Below, piece after piece: positions 63,340 to 64,000 of a stretch of 64,000 bases of DNA (the stretch's first letter is position 1; each line of letters opens with the position of its first letter). The DNA lies in assembly GCF_964204645.1 (NCBI RefSeq), contig NC_134029.1, positions 7,342,850 to 7,406,849 on the forward strand, given 5' to 3'. The position numbers and the translations under genes were made by a program. The notes beneath the pieces are model-generated. The model had not been told where the DNA came from and did not search any database. It saw only the letters and a list, made by a program, of their open reading frames with translations. The stretch comes from Tubulanus polymorphus (taxonomy: Eukaryota; Animalia; Nemertea).

Positions 63340-64000
63340 TTGTCAGCTCCTGTAAAAAATTCAGCGAATTAGATTATTGCAACAGTCAAGTTGCTAAATG
63401 AATGCGGTTTTCTCATCCACAGGGGCTCAACACTGAATTTTGAACCTCAGCTTATTAATTATGAAAGAGACCCTAACTAATATTAGCTATATAACTAGTG
63501 GCGTTTGTGATGTACAAAATCTTGCACCCGGGCAGCGACCCCTGGTTCACGCAAGCTAGTACACACAGTATACGGAGCGCCGCAAACCGGCCACTTTCAG
63601 GACCGGGTGAAAGCTTAAAAGATTTTAACAAGGTCAATGTTGTTCAACTATCAGTCTCGACCAACAATTAACCATTTTTTGTTCCAACGACCAAGGTTTA
63701 ACACAGCACAATACCAAATTTCTATATGAAATCTGTCAATGACTGTAACCAACTGGGCTAAGAGGCTCCACGCATTTACCGCCACCCCCTACTGAAGAAC
63801 CAGCGCTCTCCCTGATAATTCAAGTGCCTGACGTCTCAGATCAGATACAGATCTTGTGATAACCACCGGCATTAGGTTCGTTCTTTTGTGAAGCACGTAG
63901 GCCTACTTCATGAATCGAGATGATCAATGGCAACATAGTTCGTCTGTCGAGAGGATTTTTGGATGGGACAACTCTTTTTCGTAAAACGTGACACCGCAAA

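Overview
Eukaryotic, intron-rich, AT-rich animal genomic DNA; the gene set and repeat types suggest a marine invertebrate (inference). Gene order: the last coding exon of a SOCS-box gene (+), PTPN9/PTP-MEG2 (-, 12 coding exons), UBE2R2/CDC34 (+, 5 exons), ANKLE1 (-, 9 exons), lysosomal glucosylceramidase GBA1 (+, 9 exons), a melatonin-receptor-like GPCR (-, 3 coding exons), a small 3-exon secreted single-domain Kunitz/BPTI peptide gene that the ORF track misses (-), and importin-11 (-, about 24 coding exons, including a U12-type AT-AC intron). Introns and intergenic DNA hold many non-autonomous elements: hAT-, Merlin-, pogo- and Harbinger-like MITEs, foldback elements, a Helentron-associated (HINE/pearl-type) element with an internal ~154-bp tandem array whose second copy is nested in a MITE, and Penelope-type minimal hammerhead-ribozyme motifs. 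Exon boundaries were read by eye from splice signals and frame continuity and could be off by a few bases. No prokaryotic or CRISPR features were seen.
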